A stretch of DNA of 64,000 nucleotides from assembly GCA_046563655.1 (NCBI GenBank), contig CM102283.1:5952001-6016000 (forward strand). The letters run 5' to 3'. This document shows, piece by piece, positions 24,111-45,438 of the stretch. Position numbers and translations under genes: made by a program. Positions within the stretch are counted from its first letter, which is position 1. Each line of letters begins with the position of its first letter. Source of the stretch: Yuukianura sp. NJ FZ-2021. Its lineage: Eukaryota. The notes below the pieces were generated by a model that had not been told where the DNA came from, did no database searches, and saw nothing but the letters and a program-made list of their open reading frames with translations.

Positions 24111-27100
24111 TCCGAAGCACCAAACGAAAACTGTCTCTCAATATTCCAGTTCCAAAGGGAGGTTTAGTACACTTTGGACCGTGGCAGTGTTTATGGTGAA
24201 TCGGAATTCGATAATTTGGGTTTACTGAGGATGGTGTTCTTCTGCTCGTCCAGTCTCACAGCAAATGGTCCCTGCAAATTCAACGAGATCGATTAGAATT
24301 TCATAATAAGTGTACAAACTTACTTTACACCTATAGTAGAACTAGACTCATTAAAAACAACCTCTGGAGTAACCCAAACCTACCAATAGTAATTCTACCA
24401 ATTCGAAAACTGGTTCTTCTCTTACAAATGCTAACCACAGCAAAAGGTATCTCCTTCAGATATAACTGAAATAACCCTGGGTTAGTTGGTATGGTGCGGT
24501 GGTGTCAAGGCAAGACACTTTTGAAATTGGACACCTATCAGTATTGTTCGTTTTCTAATCTACTGTGGTCGGCGATGCGTACTGTACGTTCATATAAACT
24601 GTTCATGTAGTATACTGTATACTTTCACTTTTTCGAAATAGTGCGTTACATCTAAGCACGCAACGTAAATTAAACTGTAAATTGCAATTTACTAGGTAAA
24701 TAAACTCTGATGCATGAAAATCGGAGTACAGGGGGCGGCAAAAATGCCTTAGCGACCAAAACCGATTCTTTATTTGTTTACAATTTCACTCACAGTGACG
24801 TCACTCCGAGTGAAAATACAGGTTCATCCGAGTGTTTAAGCTATTTTTAAGTTGCGGCGAAAGTATTTCGACTAAAATGCTGAAAATTTTGAACAACACT
24901 GTAAATGAGTGAACTCGGAGTCAAAGAAATCCCATAGCAACTCAGTTTTGAAAAAACAATTTTCAACGACCGTACCTATAAGTATTCTATTTACCTTGAT
25001 CGGAGTAGAGCAAAATTTTCTAACTGAAAATGAATATATTTTTAAATCAAGAAACTTGCAGTACTGCGGTTGGTTTTGCAAACGCTCAGTTATTAATTAT
25101 AATTAGATTAGAAGTTTGCAATTTCTGAACGAGTCATCAACCTCTAGTGGTTCTTAAGCAAAATACATTGAGTAATAGCTTATGCAACTTAAAACGTCTA
25201 ACGTCTAATTGTTCGATAGGAAATTTTAAGTGTGACCTGGACCTGACGGTGCGTTTTCCTTGTTATGACTGCAGTCTGTAACTTATTTCTGTCCTTCCGT
25301 ATAATAAGTTAACGATAAGGGGAATTTTCCGCACTATTTTCAGCAACTTTCAACAATGTCGCAACAACTACTAGACTGCGACCTAAAATTGCAGAAAGTT
25401 GTGCATATTGGGGGTAAATTGAGGGAACTGATGAAAAGAAATGATGACGCTAGTGGTATAGAACTTGTTGGTCTCTGCATTCGATGAAAACAAGTATAAC
25501 ATGAATATTGTATGCATTCATAGAGATTCTACCTAACACGACGATGATGAATTTAATTAAATCCTAAGTTACTGGCCTTGCGATTGGGTGGGATCTTCAT
25601 GACAAGTCAACTATCAGAAGTTCGCTGAGATTAATCTCAAAAGAGACTAACCTTCAAAATCCATCATCAAGCCAAGTACTACTAGTACGCGCAACAAAAT
25701 AGCCTCGTGTATTTTTAAAACCAACACTACTAAACTATAACAAAAAATATACTAATATGAATAACTAACTTCCTGCAAGTTCGTCTATCAAAACCTACAG
25801 CACGCAACGCCATTGAAGTTGTGTTAAGAAACGGTAAATAGCAACTACCTAAATTTAAATTAAAACTAACCAGCATTTTTTTTGTAAAACAACTCCGAGA
25901 CACGGTGTCATCGATCCAGGAATTTCTTATTGGAAATTCCAGTTGTTGTACAACGCTTTCTGCAAATTGCACTTTGACTTTTCAATTACCTGAAAGTCCA
26001 GTCTCCAGTGTGGTTCCCAATTCCAATTAGAATCAGCGCTCCAAGAAACGGTACCGCTATTGAATGATACCGATTAAACTACTAAATCAGCTGACTGCAA
26101 CGAGATTTCCAACCTAAGAACAACAGAAATGCTATTTTTCACTGCTAAATGTCAACCGAGCGCCTGCCATTTTGCACTTCTCTGAAGATGAGAATCGATA
26201 TGACAAGAAGTCAAGCCAAACTATTTTAGCAAGTAATTAACAGCTGCTTACAATGAATTCACGAACTCTCAGTAATTGTGTAGGTGGAATTTCCTCCTCT
26301 TTGTTATCAAATACAGCAGCAGGTTGTCGTCTACCGAATGAATCACGACACAACTCTCACTTCAATACATAAACGCACCGTGCCGTATCGCCGCACCTCA
26401 CGTAAAACTTAGCAATTATGGGGTACGGTAAAATCCGTTGACGTTGTACAACAACGGATTTCTGAATTCTTGATTCAGCTTCGTTTTGCCTTTTGAAATG
26501 AAACCATAAAATAAATGAATTTTTACAGGTACGAGTTGTTTAACTAAGGTATTTAATGAACACAATAAAAACCGAATTCGGATTGAATCGGAATTTCGAA
26601 CCCCAAATGCTCAACTGTGATTTCCTGTTATCTCTTATCTGTCATTCATTTTATCAGAGTAATGTTTACATATGATCTGTTCATCACTCCCTTCTTTTCA
26701 CTTAACACGGTGGATGACTTCAGTAGTCTATTCTAGTAATCTCGTCTCATTCAATTTAGTATTTCAGTCAGTCTCATCTCTCTTTGTTACGACTAAATAG
26801 AATAAGTAATAACTGGTTTCTCATCCTCTGTCCACATGTTTTCATCACGTCATTAAATCCAATCTAAGAAGTCAATCAAACTCTAAACTCCAGTGAGAAT
26901 GTGTGAGTTCTGGGTAAAAGACATCGACATGGTACACAAATAGTGACGAAGGGTGAGATTCTGCATTTGAAAAATCAATTAACTGTTTGCTGAACTAAAT
27001 GTACATGCTTAACATGGTTTTCTTAAAAGCAGGACAAATCAGAAGGAACTTCGGTCCTGGGGGTGTAGTTTTCAGTTTTTCAAGACGAAGAAGAAAACAC

Positions 27101-27212
27101 CCTCTTTTCTCTCCGGGAAAAAATTCACGTCATCTTCACGAGTCACGACAGCCATTCATTGATTATCCAGTGTATTAGTGGAGTTTTGCCCGTGAACAAA
27201 GGAGTATTTCCA

Positions 27213-29704
27213 ATGGGTTCTCGAATAAGGTGAGTCATGACGACGCCGAATTTATGTAGGTCATATAGTGCTATTTTAATATCTAATCTCTTAATCTTGT
27301 TTTTACAGGTGCAGAACGACAGTGAAGAAAACATTTCTGTGCTACGTTACAATACAACCACCACCGACTGACATTTTCTCTGCTGCATCGTCATTTCCAA
27401 ACTTGGATCCAAGTTCTGTCGTTAAATCCGTTTTCCCAGCGTCTTTCAATGATCCAGACGTCCTGAGAACGGCAGTACAATTTGCCCTTCCGTGTGTAAC
27501 ACAAAGGTAAGGTCATGTCAAGTTTATTCTGAAATCAATACAAAAACAAAGAAAGTAGTTGATGTAAATGACGTTTGTATGATTTCTGCAGCGGTGTTGT
27601 TGAAGTTTTCACATTCGTCTTAACAAGTGGCGACTCCAAATGGACGTTCGGTTACTGCCGACATCCACCAGGAGTAAAGACTGTTACGCTCATCCTGTCG
27701 TTTCTACCATGGCAAGAAATATTTTACCGTACATTAAACTACTGCGCAGAGTTAGACGACACAACATTAGTCACATTTCTGGAACGGATGTATCGCACAC
27801 CAATCCCCGAAGCAGGGACTTGTCTCTTCATTCCAATGATGCCGAAACCATTCGTATGCCCTATTCCCAGTGACTTTGCTCTTCCTTCAATACCAGAAAA
27901 TGTAAGTGGAATGCTCCCTGCTGGGAAGATTATGAACCGTGATTCAATTACTTTTTTCATACCAGGGTAACAATCAATTTTGTTTTCAGAGAAATGTCAG
28001 TGAGTTTTACAACGCTCTTGGGACAGACTCGATGCTGTTATTATTTGCGGCTCTCCTAGCTGAGCGCCGAATCGTTGTTACATCGAAGAAATTGTCCAGA
28101 CTTTCCTCCATTGTGATCGCAGCTAACTTGTTTCTCTATCCCATGTCGTGGCAACACATCTTCATTCCCATTTTACCTGGATCTTTGCAAGACTATTTAT
28201 CCGCCCCAATGCCATTTCTCGTAGGAGTTCCTCTGCCAATATGGAATCTCATTCCACTTGAGTCTCTTGGACAAGTTGTTCATGTAGACGGTGACACGGA
28301 CACGGTGACTACGCCATTTCCAGAGGACTTAGCCACCCTCCCGGATGACATTACGCATCCACTAAGAAAAAGTCTCAAAGGGGAACGTGTGCTTGGAGAT
28401 GGACTAGCAAGAGCTTTCTTACGTGCACTGGCACAACTGATGGGTCACTATCAAGACGCTATCAAAGAGACTGCTGAAAACGATGGAGCAACGTTCGACG
28501 CTGACACGTAAGACATGATCATTTGTACCTCATTTTGGAATCTGAATTGTCAATATCTTTGTTAATCTTTACCTCAGATTTGTTCACTGCGCCCGCCCTT
28601 CACATCGAGCGTACATCCAAGAAAAGTTGCTGACCCTGCAGATTTTTCAACAGTTTATTGACGAAAGGATTGAGAAGATAAAGTCTGGATCGTGTGAATC
28701 TGATGAATTCGAGTTTGAAGCACTAGCATGGAGGTCGCATTCAAAAGCTAATGGAAAGAACGGAATTCCTGTTTTGAAGAGTATTGGAAGCCAAAATGTG
28801 TAATAACCTAAAAACATATGAGCCAAACCTAAAGACAACACCAGTTTAGTAGAACTAATTTTGAAACATCTAAATTTTTTCAATAGTGCTCTCAAAAAGG
28901 CTGGCAAAGCTGTGATCATGAGCGTTAAAAGAGAAAGTGGACACTTACTGGGAGCAGTGAAGCAAAACTCGGCATTGAAGTCAGCGATTCGCTCGGTAAT
29001 TGAGTTGGAGCTTTTCTTAATCTATGGTTTAGATGATACACGTTAGATTAACGATAAATAATGCCGGTTTTTGGGATGTTTAGGTGAAAGAAGGCGGGAA
29101 ATCCGTGAAACAGAAGGGACACATTGCATATTCCGATATCAAGTCTAAGTTCCATGTCGCCCTACCGTCCTCAGCGTCGAACCAAATTACACAAGGGAAT
29201 GAAACGACTTTAGCAATGATGGACCATAAATCATATCGAAGACATACAGCACTGACGGCGACTGAAACACCCACGACCACCTCAGACAGTGTACGGAGCC
29301 TTGGACTTTCCTTGCCCAACACAGAAACACATCTGATGAGTTCGTGCTCTGCATCGCACTTGCCACGATACGGAACGCCCAACGAAGACTCTGCAGTCAC
29401 ACCAAGGCTGTCCAAGTCGGAAGAGAATTTAATCGATTTGGAAACGCCTGATGGTGGTGGATTGGGATTTACAATGGAAAATCCACTCTACGACTTGGTC
29501 ACGAACAACGCTGTGTTTGAAGACATTGTCAAAACGGATGACCAGCTCATTGCCGAGTATGGACTAAATTCATACTTTGACAAGCTCAACTTTTCATCGA
29601 CCTTAAGTGCAAGTGCATTGGGAGAAAGACGAACCTCTGCTGCAAGTAACCAGTCATCTCAGCATTCCGCTTCATCTTCTGACAAATGGACAAAGTTTGA
29701 CTAA
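27213..29704 (+). CDS. DENND1: DENN domain protein 1 (connecdenn, Rab35 GEF)
   Basis: Exons 27213-27229 (MGSRI), 27309-27506, 27592-27901, 27990-28507, 28578-~28799, 28887-28995, 29084-29704. FTFVLTSGDSKWTFGYCR, LYPMSWQHIFIPILP, APMPFLVG, QIFQQFIDER; clathrin-box-like LIDLE and terminal WTKFD. Confidence 0.93.
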
Positions 29705-29980
29705 CATTTTTAGTTACTATCAAAATTACTAAGGTCTGACAACATTATGGTACGCAAACGTCATTAAATGCTTTAATAATAAGTTTAAATAGCAAGTGTA
29801 TACGAAACGGCGTGAATTTGGATCGACTATTCCTCAGAAACCTACGTAAGGTATGGTAAGGATCACAATTCTGAGGATTAGTCACTTTTTCCATACCACA
29901 ATTATACCTACACCATGGTTCAAATTAACGGACGTTGTGCAAGATTTGAAAATTAACTTTGGTACGGTTGGTCATTAGAT

Positions 29981-31385
29981 TTATCCTATCCTGAGAATCT
30001 GCACTTGGATTCCCAACTTGTCAATTGTTTCTTGGCACATACAGAACACGGGGTTAATTGCTTTTAGTTTTAGTAGTTTATCACCATCGTATCCAAGGAT
30101 TGACAAGGCCCCAAGACCAAATAACGTATGGAATGGGTCGACAACGTCCCCAGGTCGGTCAGCAAAACCACCGGTAGCAACATCCTGACAAGAGAGAATA
30201 AACTTCACCAAAGCGTCTTTGTTGATCCAATGGGAACGTCCAAGAATCGTCAGAGAGGCAAGAACCCACCTAAAAATTTTAAGGTTTCAATTATTATCGG
30301 TAAGCTGCCATAGTAAATTGAACTAGATTTCAATGCTTGGCAAAAACGTTACCAGGAATAGCAAACGTCCGGAAGTTTTTCAGGCCGTCCGTTGAAGCCG
30401 CCAGATTTGAGTTGCCTTTCACAAAGCCACCATCCCAACTGGTCACCGTCAATTTTGTCTACTTCTTCTAAAATACATTACGATTAAGCAGTGATTATAC
30501 TCTTCGAGACATGAACATTTGGAACCCTTTTTTCGAAACTTACTTAGAATAGAAAGAGCACCGACAGCACAGTAGATGAGACCGGCGTGTGACTCTGAGC
30601 CAGGTTTAGATCCAAACCCACCGTCAAAATTTTGACAGGAGAGTATAAATTCTGCCGCTTTCGTCGTATCAACCTTGTCAAGTTGTTTCTAGATCACAGA
30701 AATTAAAAGTATATTAAGAGTCTCATTCGCTTTGAATTCAGTGTTTTACCAAAAGGGCGAGCGTCGCTACAGCACAGAATGTGTATCGCATGTCAACTTC
30801 TCCCCATTTATCGCCAAAGAAGCTTCCATCCGGTTGTTGTAATGACTGTACAAACGTTACGACTTTCGACGTGTCGATGGCATCCAGTTCATCATACCTG
30901 GCAAAGCAATGAGAAAAAAGGTAGCTGATACCGACGGTATTTAAGAAATTTTGACACTAAGAAGTTGTAATTACATGCTAAGGATTTGAATAGCGCTCAG
31001 TGTATACAAAAGGTGAGGATCATGGTCCTTGGCAGGGGAAATTCCTCCGGAGGTTTCATCGAAACATTCACGAATAAATTCAATCACGTCAGGTTTCGGT
31101 ACCGAGTCGACTTTTCCCATGAGATCCAGTGCTGTTAGGCCCCAGTACATTCCAGACATTCGTAGAAATTCTGTCATACAAAACTCCTGTAATTACATCA
31201 AAGGAGAGTGTTCTCACGATCACGGCAAGTCAAGAATCATATAAGAAGTATTTTTAAATTAATGGTAATCTTACGTAATCATCCTTAGCAGTCCCGTACT
31301 TCGCAAGAAATTCAATGTGCTTGGGGAGATCCAGATTGGGAACGGTATCTGGCAACAAGATGTCTGATGTTAAACTTGCTGCCAT
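29981..31385 (-). CDS. RABGGTB: Rab geranylgeranyltransferase (type II) beta subunit
   Basis: Exons 31385-31275, 31186-30975, 30897-30750, 30688-30544, 30467-30353, 30269-29981. [68 protein letters not shown]. Confidence 0.97.
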
Positions 31386-32145
31386 TGTGAGTGAATATCT
31401 GTGTGTACACAAAAATCAATTTAATTTGATTGTTGTCGAATTTTATGAAGAAACTGTCAACTGTTCCGGCCTACACTACTACCTATAAAAAAAAATTTAT
31501 TTTTTTTTATAAATAGTGTACAGTACATATAGTGAAGTTAAAAAAAATGAGAAAATGTTTCGTTCTGTACACTTTCAATGCACAACATAAGCGGGCATTT
31601 CGCGAATACGTCAACTGAACCCGAACGACTAAAGTGTATCCAGTAAGAGCCTACACGGTATCCAAGATTCACGATAAACCACGTTTACGAGATAAAATTA
31701 ACACCAGTGCTCAAATTAGGTTTAGGTCAAAGGTCAACTAGAGTAAGATGCTAAAATCTAAGCCTTTTGACCAGGGCAGGTTTTACTTTCAATGAAGGTT
31801 CCGTTCCAATTCTAAAAAAAGTTTTTGTTGGGCCACTCACATTTTGGATGTTGTCTTCTTGGTGCTTGGATTAATGTACAATAGGTATTTTTAGCTCCAC
31901 TTCTTATTCAGAGTTCGGGGAGTGTTGTTCCAGCAGCTGATCAGTGGCTACGAACTTTTCCTATTGATAAGTATACATGTAGTCAGAGCAATTTAATTTA
32001 GTTTTTAATTGTTGACACGTTGACCTAGTGACACTAACTACCTGATACTGTACCGCATCTAAAGGGAGAAGGCTTACAATCCTTGCTATCGAATCCGAAG
32101 AAGACTGATTAGTAGTTCAATTACTCTACAATACTCAACTAAGAA

Positions 32146-35100
32146 ATGGAAGGAGACGGAGCCTTTATGCTTTTGTATGAAACTGTACGAAATGCTACTT
32201 CGCAGGATCCTCAAGTACTGAAGGGTGCTGAATCTAAACTTACTAGCTGGGAATACCAACCCGGGTTTTACTCAGCATTGGCTGTAAGGTTTTGCGCATC
32301 TAATATGAATCAAATTTACTACATCAGTTTGCATTAAATTTTCCTTTCAAAACCTTGTCATTGTTTTACAGAAACTGGTGACAACGGAGTCATGCGACCC
32401 GAACGCTCGGTTCATGGCAGCGGTATATTTGAAGAATGGAGTAGAGAAGCAATGGCGAAAGGCTCCGAACGGTGCAATGTAAGCAGTTACTTAAATTCTT
32501 TCACAAGCGGTGTAGGATTCAATTTTATTTCATTCTTTGTAGCGGTCTCGGTGACGATGAGAAGAACGCGATCAAAACACTGCTGGAACACCAAATGTTA
32601 GTGGAGCCAGTTTTATCCATCATTGCGCAACTCGCTGTTACCATTGGCAAGATTTCGCGTCTCGACGTTCCCAAGGATTGGCCAACACTTCTACCCCTTC
32701 TCCTGGAGAACATTCGATCAGAAGATCCTGACAAGCAGAACAGAACCTTGTTGGTTACTTATCAAGTAATCAAGATTTTATCAACAAAGCGACTCACAGG
32801 AGATCGGAAACTGTTCCAGGACGTTTCTCAGCAGATCTTTGACTATTTGTTTGGACTTTGGGATTCTCTTTTTCTCAGTTGGGCAAATTCTGGAGCTTCC
32901 GGTGATTCATTGATGAGAGCACACATTGCTCTAAAAATATTGCGGATTCTTGTGATCCGGGGCTACAAAATTCCACATGAAAGCACGAGTGTTCTCAACT
33001 TTATTCCAAGTATCATGCGTCGAGCTAAGGAAACCTTGGAGTTACGTAAGTTGAAATTGACACTCATATTTCGCAGTTGAGGTACTAAAAGTGTAGCTTC
33101 TGATAGTCATTTTGTCATTTAGGGGCATCTCGACAGGACAGTTCTGCTTTATTGGAGAAACACATTATTGTGATGTGGAAAATCGTTGGAGATCTTTTGG
33201 AGACACATCCTCTGTCGTTTGTGCCATTCCTCCAAGGAGGTCTTGAGTTTGCTGCCTACTTTGGATTTTCGGATGAAGCTCAAGGTCTCGTCTTCGAACG
33301 AGTGGTCATCCATGCCTTCAATTTACTCAAAGGAATCTTCCTATGCCCTGAATTCAGAGCTCCCAAGCGTCTTAGTATTGACGAGCAGGAGGAAGTTGAT
33401 TTCGCTTGTAAGTTACGCAACCGCGTTTGAGTACAAATACTTTCAATTTTTTGACAGGTTGAACTATTTGAATAATTGCAGGGCGACGGTCAAGCTTCAG
33501 AGATACAACGCCAGAAGCAGATCCACTCACCTTCCAGGCTGCCAATGTGAAACTTAACTTTTTCACGGATGAGACGTTAGCTGGTTTAGTGCAAATCTTA
33601 GTTACCCGGTACCTACCTTTAACTACTGCCGAACTCAACAGTTGGAGCGAAGATCCCGAAGAATTCAGTAAGTTTGTCGTTTTATTTCTCCCAATTATTC
33701 ATGTTAGTCAACTTTGTCTTTGTTTACAGCATTACGGATGGAAGACTCGGGGGAAGCTTGGCGGTACACTTTACGTGTAAGTTTGAATTTCCCGCCTTTT
33801 CCTTAAAGAATTTCATAACATTCATTCCACTGTCTCTTCTCCTCCAGCAAAGTGCAGAAACCCTATTCGTGACGCTCTTCAAAGAGTACAGGCAATGCAC
33901 TGAGGTCCTCCTGTCGATGCTGAAGATGTACGAGGGACCAATCAGCGATCCATCTGATCACGCAAGCATTCTCGCCAAAGATGCACTGTACAACGCAGCA
34001 GGGATTGTGGCATATGAGTTATACGACGAGGTAAACTTGTTATTCGAAATTCTTAACTGTACTCTGAACTGATTGCAAGTTTTCCTTTTCAACAGTTCTC
34101 CTTTGATACGTGGTTGACCTCCACATTGATGCTTGAACTGTCATTACCTGTTCCAATTTTACATCGTCGCATCACATGGCTTGTGGGGCAGTGGACAGGA
34201 GTGAAAATAACACCAGAGTCACGACCACGTATTTTCTCCCTGCTTTTGGGCGGACTTCGTTCTTCCGATCTGGTCGTTCGACTCAGCTCTTCTCAAGCCT
34301 TACGACGCTGTCTGGATGACTTTGATTTTGTACCAGAACAACTCGAACCTTATATGAATGAAACCTTCCAGTGTCTCTTTGCACTGTTGAAGGATGTGAG
34401 GGAATGTGACAATAAGGTAAACACACTTCAGAAATACATTTCGGAAGCATCCACAGGTACTAATTCACTATTTGATTTTATTTCAGATGCGAGTGCTGCA
34501 TGCGATGAGTTTCATGATTGAACGGATGGGGCCACAGATCAAGTCTGTGGAGCAAATCCCAGCACTGACTCAGTATTTGCCAATGCTTTGGACCTCTGAT
34601 CATAACATGCTGAAAGCTGCCGTACTTTCTACTTCTATTCAACTAGTGCATGCTCTGGGCAAGGAATCAGCATGTCTCCGGGCTTTTCTCTTCCCTGTTA
34701 TTCAAGTATCTACGGATCTAACAAATTCCGAACATGTTTACCTTCTGGAAGACGGACTAGAACTTTGGTTTGCTTTGATGGAGTACGTTGAAAACCCGCC
34801 AGAGTAAGTAGATACTTTTGTATACACGTTTTATATCTATTTCTTACTTCTCTCATACCTAACATTGAAATAATTGATTCTTAGCGATCGTTTTCTAAAA
34901 TTGGTGGACAATCTGATTCCTCTTCTGAGCATATCCACGGAGCATTTGAAAGTATCGGTATCTCTCGTCAACTCATACTGTCTCATCTACCAGGAATTCT
35001 TCGCAGAGAAGTTTGGACCGGCCATTGTGGAAGAACTCAATTCTACAATGTCTGACATTCGCTCAGATGGCGTTGCATTGATTCTGAGGTGTATCGAAAC

Positions 35101-35989
35101 TATTCTCCGCACTGCTCCAGTCCACGGGCCTATTGCAATCAAACCAATCCTTCCCAAAATATTTCGGTAACTAATCAATGACTTCGTTTCAATACAGACG
35201 TTTTTGAAAAGGTTATTTACTAAATCATCATCATTTTTGACAGGGCGGCTTACGAAGCGATGGATACCCCTATGTTGATGTCACTGTTCTTATCAGTCGT
35301 TTCTCGTCTCCTCTTTAATGCTGAATCTATTTTTCAAATTGGTTTGGAAGAGTGTTCTCGTGGCACTGATACGCCAAGTACTCCAGCAACAGTGTTGGAT
35401 AAAATCGTTGAAAATATGTGCACTAAAGTCCTCGTCATAGGACAGGCAGAACGAAAGAAACTAATCTGCCTCGCACTGTTGAAACTCCTTTCAACCGGTG
35501 ACCAGGTAATCGACATCAGCTTACAATAATTTTAAACTGCTTCAATGTTGTGAAAACGGGATTAACGTAATGGTTTCCTTTTTGTGTAGATGATCCTGCA
35601 CCGTCTTTGCGGAATTTTTCTGGCGTTAGGAGAAACACTGAACGACACGACCAAACAAGACGATTCGGGGAACATGATTGAGTACGTTCATTTCAAACCA
35701 GAAATCTGTCACTGTTTTGCTTATAATAACTTTAACTTTTTGTTGCAGTTCACTCTGCGTTGACTTTGAGTTTCCGATGCTGGCAAATATCGAAGATGGC
35801 GTAACGGAGAATGACCTCAGGAGGAAGAATGTGGCCATGACTGATATCGTGTACAGCGTTGACTTGCTACAACTTGTGCGTCAAGAAATCATGGCACTAC
35901 GCAAAAGAATGGGAGACGTTGCTTTCAATGATGTGCTATCTACCGTTGACGAGGAAACTCTTGCGGCAGTGAAACCATATTTTGACTGA
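32146..35989 (+). CDS. IPO11: Importin-11 (RanBP11)
   Basis: About 13 exons (32146-32283, 32372-32478, 32543-33045, 33123-33407, 33482-33667 ... 35749-35989). ATSQDP..LK.AE.KL..WE..PGFY, YLKNGVEKQWRK, KISRLDVPKDWP.L, LSTKRL..DR, WSEDPEEF, HVYLLEDGLELW. Confidence 0.92.
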
Positions 35990-36448
35990 TCTAACCTCAC
36001 GAATCACGACAACTTCACATAAAAGCTTGTCAAAATTTACAAACATTTGACCTTTGCAAATCTAATTTGTAATCTAAGTTGTAGATTAAGTAACTGACGA
36101 CGATGAGATGTGTTTGACACTAACTACTTCCTTAGCTCCTGCCTCTTTGTGGCCTTGGTTGAACTTCGTCTCTTCTTTTTGCAACACCACGAACCTTTCA
36201 GAATGTTTTAGTAATTAAGACAAACAGGATGAAATGAAATATTAAAAGTGCTATTTATCTACCTAAACTATTTTTGTATTTTTAGTTTTCACTTTTTTTT
36301 ATAATTTGGAGTGGGAGCGTATACTTTTCATAAAATTTTAGCAAAGACTTCAAATTTTGTAAATTCTAAGCTAATATTGTCAATGGTCCCAGAAGAACCA
36401 ATTTACAATGGGGTCATTAATTAAAAAATCTCAAGGATTCTTGAAAAC

Positions 36449-44154
<7,706 letters not shown>

Positions 44155-44763
44155 ATCAGCCAACGGTGTGGCAGGAAAAGGGTGGCTAGAGTTGACCTTG
44201 ACACTGATGAATCTTTAGACAACTAGAGTAAGTTGTGTCATGTCAGAGCCCCATGGATGAACTAATTGAGGCTGATGAACGTAAGCCTTAAAACACTTGA
44301 AGTTTTAAGACGCAAACTAAAGATAAAACTGCTAAAACTAAAAAGCTCTCCGCTCGTCTTCAGTTAAAATTGAGGTGTTAAGTGCAGAAAGAGGGGGCGG
44401 GATCACCCCAATTTGAAAAAGTAAACACAGGTGGTGGTTGAGCAAAAACACACCGCACTAACAACCTTCACAAGATTTGGGTATTATTTGCACGAAGTAA
44501 CTTACTATTAACTTAATGAAAGGAGTTGGCTACTTTATGATCTGGTCAAGTCTGTCCGTCTCTCTGTCTCGCCTTTTGTTGGTCAGTGGTCAGAATAACT
44601 GTGCTTAATTTAACCTTTAAAGCAGAAATTAAGCCTCATACACCTTCGAGTTCGACTTAACTATAGTGTAAAATAGAAGGTTATGATATGTTAGGTTATC
44701 TTAAGTAAACGACGATAAACCACCAACCGGGGACTGGGAGTCTGATTCTGAGTACAGGAAACT

Positions 44764-44810
44764 ACATTTCCTTGCCTATAAGACGCACTCGCGTATAAGA
44801 CGCACCCAGA
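44764..44810 (+). mobile_element. Possible degraded terminus of a Tc2/pogo-like DNA transposon
   Basis: catttccttgcc-tataagacgcac-tcgcg-tataagacgcac: duplicated 12-mer (44777-44788, 44794-44805) resembling Tc2-type ends as I recall them; no second end found. Confidence 0.3.
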
Positions 44811-45096
44811 AATTATCAAAAATACCCCGACAGCGCGAAAACCTAAAATTCGAAGCTGTAAATTTACTTTTTCCGCGAGACGCCAAATTTGGTACATGTC
44901 TAGCGAAATAAATTTATAGATATTTAACATTTCAGTTTCTGACGAATGTGAAGCCAAAAGTGGAAAATTAATCGAAAATTATTCACAGTAGGATTCCAGA
45001 TTGCGAAGTGCTTATGTCGTTGTGAAGAAGTGCCTTGGTGCAGTTTTGTCAATGCGTCTTTTAAATATGGACGGAGAACCGTGCCAATTTGATTTA

Positions 45097-45317
45097 TGGC
45101 CAGTTCTGCCATTTCAGGTTAAAGTTAAACGGAGTTTAGTGAAAACTAGTTCCACCTTTAAACTCAATTAACTTAATTATGCGTCAATTAATCTTGGCGT
45201 GCAAGGTATCAAAATTCTTGTATTCCTCCGGTTAAACTCTGGTTAAATTTAACGGGCCGATTTTTTCCGGTTAAATTTTTAAACTCCGTTTTTAACCTGC
45301 AATTGTAGAACCGGGCA
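45097..45317. mobile_element. 221-bp MITE, PIF/Harbinger (Tourist)-like
   Basis: Imperfect ~37-40 bp TIRs (tggccagttctgccatttcaggttaaa...aacggagttt vs reverse complement tgcccggttctacaattgcaggttaaaaacggagttt) flanked by TTA at 45094-45096 and 45318-45320; internal ggttaaa repeats. Confidence 0.7.
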
Positions 45318-45438
45318 TTAGAAGACACCAGAACCATGGCGATACTGTTAGATTTGATGAACTAAAATTACATTAAGAATGTATCAAGCAGAGTTTAGTA
45401 AATTTTTCGCAATTTGTACAAATTTTTAACAAAAACCC

